Source: Methanobacteriota archaeon (GTDB lineage Archaea; Halobacteriota; Bog-38; Methanoflorentales; Methanoflorentaceae). From it: a stretch of 64,000 bases of DNA. Under the pieces are notes generated by a model. The model was not told where the DNA came from. It made no database searches and worked only from the letters and a program-made list of their open reading frames with translations. The stretch spans positions 320,001 to 384,000 of the forward strand of contig OY970393.1 in NCBI GenBank assembly GCA_963720465.1, given 5' to 3'. Positions within the stretch are counted from its first letter, which is position 1. Every line of letters starts with the position of its first letter. A program made the translations under genes and the position numbers. This document shows, piece after piece, positions 52,756 through 63,187 of the stretch.

Positions 52756-53672
52756 TGTTCATCCCTCACGAGTTTCAGGTAGACCTCCTCGAGCGTTGCG
52801 TGCTTCTCAGTAATAAACTGGATGTGGCCGCCCGCTGCGACAATGGCTTCCATGATGCCGGGATTCTCCTTCTCAGGATCGCGCACATCGATCACCAATC
52901 TGTTGCCATCAGCCACGACGTAGCGCAACCCCAGCCGCTCTACCGCGGCGGTGACCGCAGGAGTAACCTGCTGAAGCTGAACTTCCGTCTTCCTTCCCTC
53001 GAGCGACCCCATCAGTTGTTCCGGTGTCCCTTCGGCCACGAGTTTTGTGTTCAGTATCCCGATTCTATCACAGATACGCTGTGCCTCATCGAGATTGTGC
53101 GTGTTGAGAAAGATCGTCCGCTTCTCGTGTTTGAGTTCGAGGATGAAGTCGCGCACAGTTTTTTGAAACTCCGGGTCCAAGTTTGCTGTCGGCTCGTCCA
53201 AAAAGAGAACCTGAGGCTCGTGGACCAGGGCACGGACGATGGCAAGTTTTTGTTTCATGCCTTTGGAAAACGTTCTAACCGCTCGATCCCTCACATTCCA
53301 AAGCCCCAACATCTTGAGGAAATGCTCGATCCTATCCTCCCGCTGTGCTACCGTGCACTCGTAAAGCCGTCCATAGAAGTCGAGGTTCCTGTAAGCGCTC
53401 AGGTCTTCATAGAGACCAACGTTGTCAGGCACTAACCCGATGATCTTCCTGATCTTCAGGGCATCGGCATCGTTCCCAATCTCGTAATTGCCTATTCGTG
53501 CTTCTCCGCTGGTCTTTGATATCAGACACGCTAGCACCCGAACAGTAGTGGTTTTCCCCGCGCCGTTCGGTCCAAGAAAGCCGAAGACTTCTCCCTCGTC
53601 TACACGAAGGGTCAGGTCCTCAACTGCCGTCACGTCACCAAACGTTTTCGTAAGGTTATTCGTTTCAATCAA
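52752..53672 (-). CDS. ABC transporter ATP-binding protein
   Basis: GPNGAGKTT, FSKGM, LFLDEP. Confidence 0.95.
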   Translation of the reverse strand: MIETNNLTKTFGDVTAVEDLTLRVDEGEVFGFLGPNGAGKTTTVRVLACLISKTSGEARIGNYEIGNDADALKIRKIIGLVPDNVGLYEDLSAYRNLDFYGRLYECTVAQREDRIEHFLKMLGLWNVRDRAVRTFSKGMKQKLAIVRALVHEPQVLFLDEPTANLDPEFQKTVRDFILELKHEKRTIFLNTHNLDEAQRICDRIGILNTKLVAEGTPEQLMGSLEGRKTEVQLQQVTPAVTAAVERLGLRYVVADGNRLVIDVRDPEKENPGIMEAIVAAGGHIQFITEKHATLEEVYLKLVRDEQ

Positions 53673-53744
53673 ATGCCAACACCTTGCCGGCCCGAAGATT
53701 CACAGCAATCAACTGGTGAATTAATCTGATCTCTTAAAGCTTGT

Positions 53745-53835
53745 AGTCATCGACATTGATTGGAAGCACTATAAGCAGCATCCTTTGCCCGAAAACGTTT
53801 ACAGCACGTACATGCGATACTGGGGCGATGTCTAA
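53745..53835 (+). repeat. Integrase 3'-tail copy T11
   Basis: Encodes IDWKHYKQHPLPENVYSTYMRYWGDV. Confidence 0.85.
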
Positions 53836-54252
53836 CTTGCTGGTTGATGCGTCATCGTGCCGAACGTATTTAAGGAGAAGGCGCAGGTGCTGAGTGAGCA
53901 ATCGCAGCCTATTCAGAAGTTAAGAAATAACTCGGTCAGCTCGGTTTTCACTTCGTAAGTCCCTTTTTAGTGCTTGCTGTGCGTCGGGTAGGTTTATAAG
54001 CCGCGTGAGGCAGGGATTGTGTGGGAAAGCGTGACAGCGCGTTTGTGCCACAGTTAACGGTGGCTTTCGCTGGAACGGGCAACGACTCGGAACTATTAAG
54101 CCGAGCGCTTGGAGAGGTCAAGGCAAAATTCTATGAGAAGTCGTACAGTCTACACGTTCTACGGCGCTCTCGCAAGCAAGTTTATTGAGGCTCTGCATTG
54201 AGAGTGCTACGTTCTAATGGCAGTACTAATGTCAGTTATTGCTTAGCCATCA

Positions 54253-55095
54253 CTACCCACTTTCCACGAGCGCTCTAATGCGCTCTGCCCCATCAACGGC
54301 CTGCTTCCACACGAGCTCATAGTGATACATGAGATGTCGCGCGTAGGTAGGACTTTCGCATACGAATACCGTAAGTGACGTGTCTTTGAACAGAGAGCGC
54401 GCGGGGTCGAATCTGATAAGTACAAAACTCGTTATCGCATCATAGACAGTAAACCGCATACCACCCGGCGGTTCAAGGTGGCGCAGCTCCACGCCGCGCT
54501 CAAGGGCATAGCGTGCTTCTTCAAGATTGGCGCGCGAGATGTCTGTTATGAGGCGCGTGCGCACCCCGCGGCGCAGTAGGTCGGGCACCACATCAAGTTG
54601 ACCGGTCAAAAAGAATACGCCTAACATGGGCCCCAGCATAAAGGATGAAATGTTAGAGGTCGCCTCTGAATTAAGCTTTTTCGAGACGGCATCTACCTGC
54701 TTCGGGCCGCTCAGCACCCTATAGCGACACCCCGCCGATGCTGACAGGGCGTCGTCCACCCTTATCACCTCGGCGAGCTCCACCAGCTCTCGCTTAAGTG
54801 TTGCTTTCTTCCGTTGCTCCAGCTTGTGCTCGAAGAAGACCGCATCGAGAGCCGTTTCGGGGGGCATTGCAACATAGACCGTCGGCGCGCTTAACGACTT
54901 AGCCACTATGCCCTTCTCTAAAAGGGCGTTAAGCGTCCGGTGCACGTCCTCCCTATACGTATGCATGTGCCGCGCTATGACCACCGGCGGCTGCGCTCCG
55001 TACTTGAGCAGGTTACAATAGAGCCGCGCCTCTTTGTCGTTGAGTCCGAAGTCGCTGAGTCGTGTGATATATTCGAATTCGTCGTCGTCCGACAT
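54253..55095 (-). CDS. TrmB family transcriptional regulator
   Basis: FGLNDKEARLY; homologous to 49739. Confidence 0.88.
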   Translation of the reverse strand: MSDDDEFEYITRLSDFGLNDKEARLYCNLLKYGAQPPVVIARHMHTYREDVHRTLNALLEKGIVAKSLSAPTVYVAMPPETALDAVFFEHKLEQRKKATLKRELVELAEVIRVDDALSASAGCRYRVLSGPKQVDAVSKKLNSEATSNISSFMLGPMLGVFFLTGQLDVVPDLLRRGVRTRLITDISRANLEEARYALERGVELRHLEPPGGMRFTVYDAITSFVLIRFDPARSLFKDTSLTVFVCESPTYARHLMYHYELVWKQAVDGAERIRALVESG

Positions 55096-55341
55096 CGCTC
55101 GGTACGTTCAACAAATGAGATATAAAGGTTAGTTACACGTGCGTGTTATGAAGTCAAGCAAAGAGCAGTGCACCGAGCGCTATGCTCCGTTTGACTTTGC
55201 CCTGCACGCACGATGGCTGGCTACCCGACGTTGTTCGTCAGCAGTTGCGACGAATTATCAAAAGGACACAAGTGCGATTGTTTTAGAGCCGCGAATACGG
55301 CAGCGCATAGTTTCCCGTATCTTTTGCCGCACCCAGCAAAT

Positions 55342-55557
55342 TCAGTCATTTTTTACCTCAACTTTGAGAGTAACAAGCTTTTCATACTTCTGCTGATAAG
55401 TGAGGTATGGTAAGATGTGCGATAGTACCTGCTCCGCGGTGCATGTGCGCTCAATGCCTTTCGAGCTTGTCTGAATCCACCCGCTTTTCTCTTTTCTAAA
55501 GCTCTGCACACTGCCATTCTTCGTTGTAAAGTAAATTATGCACTCGCTGTTTTTCAT
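55342..55557 (-). CDS. Hypothetical protein
   Basis: 71-aa ORF. Confidence 0.5.
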   Translation of the reverse strand: MKNSECIIYFTTKNGSVQSFRKEKSGWIQTSSKGIERTCTAEQVLSHILPYLTYQQKYEKLVTLKVEVKND

Positions 55558-55794
55558 TTATTCATCCACTTTTCTTCCGCCGGTCGTCTTTTTTCCAAGA
55601 AGACGTCTTGAGATGACTCGATAATAGTTAAGCTCTACAGAAATATTTTCTATTTGTGCGCCTCTACATTAATCGACCCCGCCCAAAGGCTGTCGTGATT
55701 TTTGGGCAGGCCCTCTGGGCAATCCGCAACGATACATACATTGACCTTATTATAATTACAAGCATTACCTTATAGCCGAAGCCGGATAAGGAGA

Positions 55795-55998
55795 ATGGTG
55801 AAAATGGTGAGCGTGCAAGATAAAACGACAATAACCGTCTCGAGGGATACGAGAGAGTGGCTTACTCTGCTCAAACTCAAGATACAGGAGACCGAAAAGC
55901 AGGAACTATCCCAAGATGATATAGTTCGGCTGGCCCTCGCCTGCTTAGACGACCATCAAAATGAGGCTGACATGTCGTGCCTTATTAGAGAGTCATAA
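55795..55998 (+). CDS. Small ribbon-helix-helix-like protein
   Basis: TTITVSRDTREWL...SQDDIVRL. Confidence 0.6.
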   Translation: MVKMVSVQDKTTITVSRDTREWLTLLKLKIQETEKQELSQDDIVRLALACLDDHQNEADMSCLIRES

Positions 55999-56013
55999 GA
56001 AAAGCTGGCATAG

Positions 56014-56100
56014 CATGAAGTTATAGGCTATATTCGCGTCCCGACTGAAGACAATACAAGGAAGACGTACTTCTCGAGGGCACAAAATGCCATTAGATAT
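56014..56100 (+). pseudogene. Serine recombinase N-terminal remnant
   Basis: VIGYIRVPTED resembles the GYIRVSTxxQ motif with Ser lost. Confidence 0.45.
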
Positions 56101-57446
56101 ACTATTTTTTAATCCAACAGCGTACAGCATATATGCTTATTTCGGCCCTAGAAGCTCATCACACCCTTCTTTTTCGAGCTGCGCTTTACAGTCATAGAGA
56201 TATAGCATACAAAGCGCGCTGGCGGGACAAAATGAATCAAAAGCGCAAAACGGCGGCGTGATAGCTTAAGTGTTGTTGTTCAGCTGCACGACGTTTGGTA
56301 CATCGGACGCGCCCACCCTCTCTTTTTTTGCGAGTACCCCTGGGCCATGAAAGCATAATGTTCTGTGACCCTATCAGTACCCGTACTTGTCTTTGGTCTT
56401 GGAAGAGCGCACTGGCCTGTCGGCCTCCTTATGCTGGTTGCTTCATGTGTTTCACGCAATCAGTGAGGGCAGCTTCCGCATATGTACAACAGGCGTCCCA
56501 AAACTTTGTTTCTGCGACCGCACGCCGCGCATCCGCCCAGTCAAACCAACACAGATTTTCCACGTATCTGCACGGCGGGTTGGCCTGGTCGGACAAAATC
56601 AACGCGAAGCTCGTTATCTCGCGTTCTGCCCTCTCGAATTCCTGCCACTCGCGCTGCTGAGCTTCCTGTCTTCTGCGTTTCGCGTCTGCTAGCGCTAGTT
56701 TTTGTGCTTTACAATCTATAGTACCACCAGCTGCAAAAACGAGTCTGTGACACCCATGACAACTAATTCGGAGGGCATGACCAGTATCGTATTTGCTCAA
56801 CCTTGAAATAGATGTGTAACAGTGTGGAGTCACAGTATGGACGAAAAAATGAAGAAGTCTCTTCGCGTTGTCTCGCTACCAACAATAGTGGCTGTTACTA
56901 GTTTTTCCAGGTATAGATAACGAATGTAAGTGAGCGATTCAGTGAACCCGTTAATGATGGACTGTCGCAGATGCATTAGATTCGTCGGCTGCAAGTTATC
57001 GCGACTGTGAGAAAAGCAACAGCGTGAGTCGTGCTCCCCTCTATGAGACCAACTTGTATCAAGACGGCAAGGAAGGCAAGTAACGTTGCCAGCGCGCAGA
57101 GCATTCTCAAGAAAAACTCGATTCGCTTCGTATTTTTTTCTGCGATGTATTCACTCCAGACCGCTTAAAAACGAGTGTTATGTTTTAGTTTTACTAATTT
57201 GAGTTGGGGCTGTGGCTTTTGGCTAATGGAGTGGCGCAACACTCTCCCATTTCTGTGCAGGCCCGAGCTAGGATAGCATAGCGTGTTCCTTCTGACCTTT
57301 CCTTATCTCCTAGCTCATTTCAATGCCTGAGAGCGATAAATACGGCCTCTCGGTGTTAGTGTCAGACCGCAGCCTTTAAATGGCATCATCTCGGTACTTC
57401 GCGTGGGACAGGCTAAAACCCGCCCAAAAAGAAAAGAGGTGCAGAT

Positions 57447-57995
57447 ATGGAAAAAATGCCATTCGTTATAGAAGTTTCGGCAGAAATGCAAGCGCCGCCC
57501 AAAAAGAAAGGAGGCACAGCTACAAGCAAAATGGCAGTAAGGAAAATGGCTGCCGTTCTAGTAGTAGCGGCGGTAGCTTTTTCAGTCTTCGGCGTAGTGG
57601 GCGCAGTCGCACAAATGTCGTCAAGCTCAACGACAATGACGACGACGACACCAACCACAGGATGCGCTGCAACCACAACACCAACCACAGGATGCTCTGC
57701 AACCACGACACCAACCACAGGATGCTCTGCAACCACGACATGCTCGGGATGCTCTGCAACCACGACATGCTCGGGATGCTCCGCAACCACGACACCAACC
57801 ACAGGATGCGCTGCAACCACGACATGCTCGGGATGCTCCGCAACCACGACACCAACCACAGGATGCGCTGCAACCACAACACCAACCACAGGATGCTCCG
57901 CAACCACGACACCAACCACAGGATGCGCTGCAACCACGACACCTACGTCTAGCATGAGCAGTTCAACGATGACGACGGGGTGTTCGGCGAAATAA
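57447..57995 (+). CDS. Secreted Thr/Cys-rich tandem-repeat protein
   Basis: Signal-like segment, then 7x PTTGC(A/S)ATTT and 3x CSGCSATTT. Confidence 0.65.
   Translation: MEKMPFVIEVSAEMQAPPKKKGGTATSKMAVRKMAAVLVVAAVAFSVFGVVGAVAQMSSSSTTMTTTTPTTGCAATTTPTTGCSATTTPTTGCSATTTCSGCSATTTCSGCSATTTPTTGCAATTTCSGCSATTTPTTGCAATTTPTTGCSATTTPTTGCAATTTPTSSMSSSTMTTGCSAK
57651..57941 (+). repeat. Coding tandem repeat, ten 30/27-bp units
   Basis: ccaaccacaggatgcKctgcaaccacgaca and tgctcgggatgctcYgcaaccacgaca. Confidence 0.95.
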
Positions 57996-58214
57996 GGGCG
58001 TAACTGGATACGTTACTTCCGGAATGAAGAGTTCTGGAAAGGCGACGAACCTCGCAGAATACGCGCAGATGTTTCCCCTTTGTGCCGAAAAGAGGCTCAG
58101 CGCTGAGCGGGCGATTTTTATTAACCTGGCGGCAGGCCGGTCGTCGGCTGCGCATCGTGCGCAAAAATCGGACAGGGCAGCCAGGGAATAACCTAGCTTT
58201 TTCTTTTTCTGTGT

Positions 58215-58265
58215 TTTGCAGTTCAGGGCTCATAAATCAAAGGCAATCGAAAAAGAAAGAACGGT
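58215..58265 (+). repeat. 'KSKEIEK' backbone fragment
   Basis: gggctcataaatcaaaggcaatcgaaaaag. Confidence 0.45.
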
Positions 58266-58359
58266 GGAGGCTCTAGTGCTCTCCAACCTCTCTTTCTTTA
58301 CACGCAGTGGCGTGCTGAAACGCTAGGAAACTGCACGGGCGCGCCTAGCTCAGATTTTT

Positions 58360-58463
58360 AAGCTCACGCCTCCCCAGTACTTCATGTAAACGTCATAAAC
58401 CGAATCAGGTAGCGGATGCTTGTAAAATCGCCAGTCAATTCCGCTGACTCCGTGCGTGAGTAT
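58360..58463 (-). repeat. Integrase 3'-tail copy T12
   Basis: Encodes ILTHGVSGIDWRFYKHPLPDSVYDVYMKYWGGVS. Confidence 0.92.
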
Positions 58464-58487
58464 GATTCGACAGTTTTAAAGACTTAG

Positions 58488-58904
58488 ATGCCTGTCTATT
58501 TCTGGGGCACAATGCGGGAAGAACATGAAAGTGTCGGTGATTTGACCTTCCATCTTGACGATCAGGTGCAAACTGGGCAGGGCTTTGCTAGATGCTCAAT
58601 CAACCGAGATGAGATACACGCGGGGACTTTGGAAAACCCAAGGGCCACGGCTAACGGACTTGCGGACATATACGGCGTAATTTTCCTTCATCCCAAGGAA
58701 GACCAGAGGTTGTTGCCACAGCTCTACCAGCATCTTAAAACTGACAAGCAGATTCACCTTGAGGCTGACTTCATAAACAGGTATACAGATGCGTTTATAC
58801 CGTTGAGGCTCGTGGTTCATCTCTTTCGAATCGACATGTCAAGCTCTGAAACCATCGTTTGCGAATTTGACTCAGCTCATATATCAATAATCAGCAGGGG
58901 CTAA
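58488..58904 (+). CDS. Hypothetical protein
   Basis: 138-aa ORF between tails T12 and T13. Confidence 0.5.
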   Translation: MPVYFWGTMREEHESVGDLTFHLDDQVQTGQGFARCSINRDEIHAGTLENPRATANGLADIYGVIFLHPKEDQRLLPQLYQHLKTDKQIHLEADFINRYTDAFIPLRLVVHLFRIDMSSSETIVCEFDSAHISIISRG

Positions 58905-59145
58905 CTAACATTTGAGTGACTCACAGTATTTTTTTTAGATATCTACGTAAGGCCGATCTAGGTTCTCACTAGAATGTTTGAAGCCGATCCTAATGCGCTA
59001 ACTGCGGACAGCCTCCACGCCGGCTTCAAACACGAAGGCGGAGCGTAGTGAAAGGAATCCACGATAACACTAAAACGCTGCAGTATATTGAAACCTATGT
59101 CCGAAGAAAAAAAAGAGATTCTATGTATTCAGAGTTATGACTGAA

Positions 59146-59307
59146 CTATTTTGTGAACAAGGCAGCAATTCCACCTAGGAATAATATGATAACTGCCAAC
59201 CAAGCTAGCCAAATTACTAAAAATGGAAACAACGCTAAGAGGATTGCGAGTATGATAGCGAGTCCTATCATCCCACCCGCACTCAATTGTCTTGTCTCCG
59301 CCATCAT
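59146..59307 (-). CDS. Small membrane protein (53 aa)
   Basis: aggaggtga RBS; MMAETRQLSAGGMIGLAIILAILLALFPFLVIWLAWLAVIILFLGGIAALFTK. Confidence 0.65.
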   Translation of the reverse strand: MMAETRQLSAGGMIGLAIILAILLALFPFLVIWLAWLAVIILFLGGIAALFTK

Positions 59308-59389
59308 TTCACCTCCTGTTGAATTTTAGTCCAATCTTTGTTTCAGTGTAATCATTATTTGTTTGTCTGCGATCATCTAAATATTAGAA

Positions 59390-59448
59390 CTCGACATCGC
59401 TCCAATACTGCATATAAACATCATACACGTGCTCAGGCAGCGGATGTA
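59390..59448 (-). repeat. Integrase 3'-tail copy T13
   Basis: Encodes HPLPEHVYDVYMQYWSDVE. Confidence 0.88.
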
Positions 59449-59652
59449 TTGCGCCTATTTGGTTTGATCTAGAGCTTCTGTCGGAGTCTGTATGAGGCTC
59501 CGGTTGCCGTGTCGAATTCTCGCGTCGAACGGAAAATGTTTTGCTAAGAAGTCGGAACCTTAATGGGCCTCCACTGACGTGGAATTTTGCAAATAGTCTG
59601 AAAGAAAAAGCATAATGTAAATTACATCACGAGATTATTCTGATATACAAAA

Positions 59653-60435
59653 ATGAGCGAAAATACATTAAATCTTGGTAAAATGGAAGAAAAAGACCTG
59701 TATCCTACCGTATTCCAGCGGAAGTCCATTAGAAAGTACGATTTAGACCGCCTCGATGAAGATACGTTAAAGGAGATCAGAGATCATCTTCAAACTTTAA
59801 AACCGTTGCATAAGGACATTAAAATTGAATTCAAGATTTTATCTCCCTATGTTGTTAAAAGACGGACGATGAGAGAAGCACTGCACTATATAGCTGTTTT
59901 TTCAGAGGTAAAAGAGGGGTATCTAAGCAACGTAGGGTTCATGCTGCAGCAGATGGATCTATTTTTTTCTGCTAATGGACTGGGTAGTTGCTGGCAGGGG
60001 ATCCCTACTCTCAAAAAAGAAGGTTTGGCAAGTTCACGTCTGAAATTTATCATGTTAATGCCGTTTGGAAAGCCCCAGGAAACGTTACACCGAACAAAAA
60101 CTTCCCAATTCAAAAGAAAATCACTCCAGGAGATAAGTGACATTAAAGGCGCAGATGATTTACTGGAAACAGCTCGTCTTGCTCCTTCTGCACGCAATGC
60201 ACAGGAGTGGTTTTTTACGGGTGATGAACATTTAATTCATGCATATTACCGTAAACCAAGCTTCATCCCGGGACTTTTAATCAAAAAATATCCTCCCATG
60301 GATGTGGGAATTAGTCTTTATCACTTGAAACTGGGTGCAGAACATTTTGGCAAGGAAACTGAAATTATATTTGATAACCCGGAGGATGATACTCTCAATG
60401 ATTATGAGTATGTTGCCAGTTTGCGCTTAAAATGA
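59653..60435 (+). CDS. Nitroreductase family protein
   Basis: RKSIRKY, GLGSCW, LAPSARNAQEW. Confidence 0.9.
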   Translation: MSENTLNLGKMEEKDLYPTVFQRKSIRKYDLDRLDEDTLKEIRDHLQTLKPLHKDIKIEFKILSPYVVKRRTMREALHYIAVFSEVKEGYLSNVGFMLQQMDLFFSANGLGSCWQGIPTLKKEGLASSRLKFIMLMPFGKPQETLHRTKTSQFKRKSLQEISDIKGADDLLETARLAPSARNAQEWFFTGDEHLIHAYYRKPSFIPGLLIKKYPPMDVGISLYHLKLGAEHFGKETEIIFDNPEDDTLNDYEYVASLRLK

Positions 60436-60512
60436 CTCAATGCGCTTCTCCAATACAAGCATTTAAACAGAATTGCATACGCAATCTGGATAGAAGCAAT
60501 CGGTGACAGACA

Positions 60513-61656
60513 ATGCTTTACCGGAAGATGAAAAAGGCCGCACCCAACCTCTCTATCCTCGGGTTCGGGTGCATGCGGCTCCCCCTGAAAGAGAGCGGGC
60601 AGATTGACGAGGAAAAAACAACCGGGATGATGCGGTATGCGATCGACCACGGTGTGAATTATATCGATACCGCGTATCCCTATCACAACGGTGAAAGCGA
60701 ACCAGTCGTCGGGCGTGCACTCGCCGGCGGGTACCGCGAAAAGGTGCACCTGGCGACCAAGCTCCCCAGCTGGCTGATAAAATCCCGGGAGGATATGGAC
60801 AAGTATCTCAATGAGCAGCTTGCGCGGCTCAGAACCGACTCCATCGATTTCTATCTCCTGCACGGGCTCGTGCAGCCGTTCTGGGAGAATCTCTCGGCTC
60901 TCGGCGTTACGGACTTTCTAGATGACGCCATCGCGGATGAGCGGATCCGCTATGCTGGATTCTCATTTCATGACAACACGAAGGTCTTTAACGAGATCGT
61001 GAAAAGTTACGATTGGACATTCGCCCAAATCCAGTGACAATTTCATGGACGAACACTACCAGGCAGGGACGAAGGGGCTGAAATACGCGGCGAAGAAAGG
61101 GCTCGGCATCGTGGTCATGGAGCCGATCCGAGGCGGTTTGCTTGCCAGGGATCTTGCTGGTATCTCAGAGATCTGGAAGAAGGCACACGTTCAACGTCCC
61201 CCCGCAGAATGGGCGCTTCGCTGGGTCTGGAACCATCCGGAAGTGACCGTCGTCCTTTCCGGGATGTCGGCACCGGAGCAGGTCAGGCAGAATGTCGATG
61301 CCGCAAAAAACGGGTTGCCGAACTCCTTGACAAAGGCAGAACTCACCCTGTTCAAGAACGTAAAAAAAGAGTTAGAGAAGCGGATTGTAATCCCCTGCAC
61401 CGGATGCAAGTACTGTATGCCGTGTCCGCATGGTGTCAGCATCCCAGAGTGCTTTGAATATTATAACCGCGGGCACATGTACGAAGACGAGGAACAGACC
61501 CGGCGGATCTATTTGGCCTTCCTCGGTGGTGTGTTAGACGGCAATCCAAGGTACGCGTCCTTCTGCGAAGAGTGCGGGGAATGCGAAGAGAAATGCCCCC
61601 AGAGTCTCCCGATCCGAAATAACCTGAAGAACGTAGTGGAATATTTCGGGAAATAA
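60513..61656 (+). pseudogene. Aldo/keto reductase with C-terminal 4Fe-4S domain, +1 frameshift at ~61036
   Basis: LGFGCMRLP, DTAYPY; cag t[g]ac aat ttc atg restores QYNFM; CTGCKYC, CEECGEC. Confidence 0.88.
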
Positions 61657-61756
61657 TATGAAGTGGGGCGCGATATCCGCGCCAAATGTATAAAGTCCAG
61701 CACCAATTGCGGTTTTGTTATACACTTAGCTAAACGATCAGGAGGCGCTCTGATTA

Positions 61757-61899
61757 TGACGGCTATGATTCCGCAATGTTACTTCTGTAAGCTCCACGAG
61801 CAAGGTATTAAATGCGCCAAATATGACCAAATCGCCCCCGAAATATTGGTTAACCTTAGAAAGTGCGCGTTTAAAGAAGATACCACCCCGGATAGGTAA
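61757..61899 (+). CDS. Small Cys-rich protein
   Basis: PQCYFCK...C..Y..I..EI....C; aggagg upstream. Confidence 0.45.
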
Positions 61900-62169
61900 A
61901 CGATGACGGTAATAGAGAGCGCAGTAAAATACGGATCTATCTTCTCTATTGGCCCCACCTTAACAGAGGGTGGCATTTGCGGCCTTATACCCAAATTCGG
62001 TTTCTATTCGGCACGCTCTGAATTCTAGAAACACGAGCCAAACTTTTCGAAGCGTCACCTTTAATAAAAGCTAAATTCTGCTGCAAATGCGGGAACAGCC
62101 TCTCTAATTGACTATCTTTTTGCGGGTTTGTTGAAGGCGCGTCCGCGTACTAACTAAGGTCGTCGAAGG

Positions 62170-62250
62170 TGACATGTTTCCAGTACTGCATATACAGATC
62201 ATAAACGTGGTCAGGCAGTGGATGCCGATAATTGCTTCACTCAACACCGC
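62170..62250 (-). repeat. Integrase 3'-tail copy T14
   Basis: Encodes GVE*SNYRHPLPDHVYDLYMQYWKHV. Confidence 0.88.
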
Positions 62251-62407
62251 GAACGCTGTGTGCGCATAACGGCCTTGACTCGGACTAGAACTGTAACACA
62301 AGTTAGTTACAGCAATGCTTATTTACGCCGAGCGTATAGTGTCTGGTTTCAAAAAACGGCGGTTGAGTAATCAATGCGGAGACCAACACACGCATGGAAG
62401 TGATAAG

Positions 62408-62719
62408 ATGTCCAAGTTTTTCATACGATGGCACGTTGACAATTTCAAGATGCCCGCTACTCCTGAAGAGACTGGGAAGCTCTTTATATCGATGCTCGAA
62501 ACGGTGGAAGCCGGTTTGCACACTGGCAAGCTTAAGGACTGGGGACAGCTCGGCAACGGACGGGACGGATATGCGATTAGTGAGTTAAACGAAGAGGAGC
62601 TTTTCGCTTGCATGCTCCAGTGGATGCCGTTTATAACGTTTGAGGTATTTCCGGTGGTCAGTGCCGACCAGTCGATGGAAGCACTAGACAAAGCAGTTGC
62701 GACGCTGCAGTCTCCGTAA
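62408..62719 (+). CDS. Hypothetical protein (DUF3303-like), homolog of 11012-11353
   Basis: GKLKDWG...GYAISE...FEVFPV. Confidence 0.72.
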   Translation: MSKFFIRWHVDNFKMPATPEETGKLFISMLETVEAGLHTGKLKDWGQLGNGRDGYAISELNEEELFACMLQWMPFITFEVFPVVSADQSMEALDKAVATLQSP

Positions 62720-62799
62720 AAAAGTGCTTCGGCGGTGGAGGAGAAAAGAGGAGCGACCTTACACTTTAAGCGGATGAGCTGCGACTGTTCACAGACTAG

Positions 62800-62930
62800 A
62801 GCGCACGTCTTTCCAATATTTCATTTACACGTCATACACGTTCTCTGGCAGCGGATGCCGATAATGTGCTCATGAAACGTCCCTAGCGCCACGCGTAAGA
62901 ACGTAACGCAATTTGACTCACTCCACGTAG
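62800..62930 (-). repeat. Integrase 3'-tail copy T15
   Basis: WSESNCVTFLRVA..HYRHPLPENVYDV*MKYWKDVR. Confidence 0.85.
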
Positions 62931-63187
62931 CAACGCCCCTCTGGCAGCAAGTTTTCTCTTGGCTCTCAAGAAGGGCCACTGTGCTTTTATGGCCGACTAC
63001 AAAGCTTATTAATGCACCGCACCGCTCGCAATCACCGCGAGCGAGACAGGTTTATATAGATCCCTCTCGAAATGAAACAAGAAAAACAGGGTGTATGGAG
63101 GATCTCTCGTACACCTTTGCTGTTTATGTCCCATAGGCGCCCGTAAGCTAGGAAGAATCGCTTGCTGCCCCTCTCTTGGTGCCCACG

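Noticed and set aside
56295-56833. Several overlapping ORFs
   Set aside because: No motif or convincing start to choose among them; left uncalled
57651-57941. Possible CRISPR array
   Set aside because: Units are contiguous with no unique spacers, lengths are multiples of three within an ORF, and there are no cas genes
57380-57955. Alternative repeat ORFs (NHDTNHRMLC and VVVAEHP frames)
   Set aside because: By-products of the stop-free repeat; only the 57447 frame has a signal-like N-terminus
61035-61037. Selenocysteine TGA in the aldo/keto reductase
   Set aside because: The downstream part is in another frame; one inserted G explains it (mutation or sequencing error)
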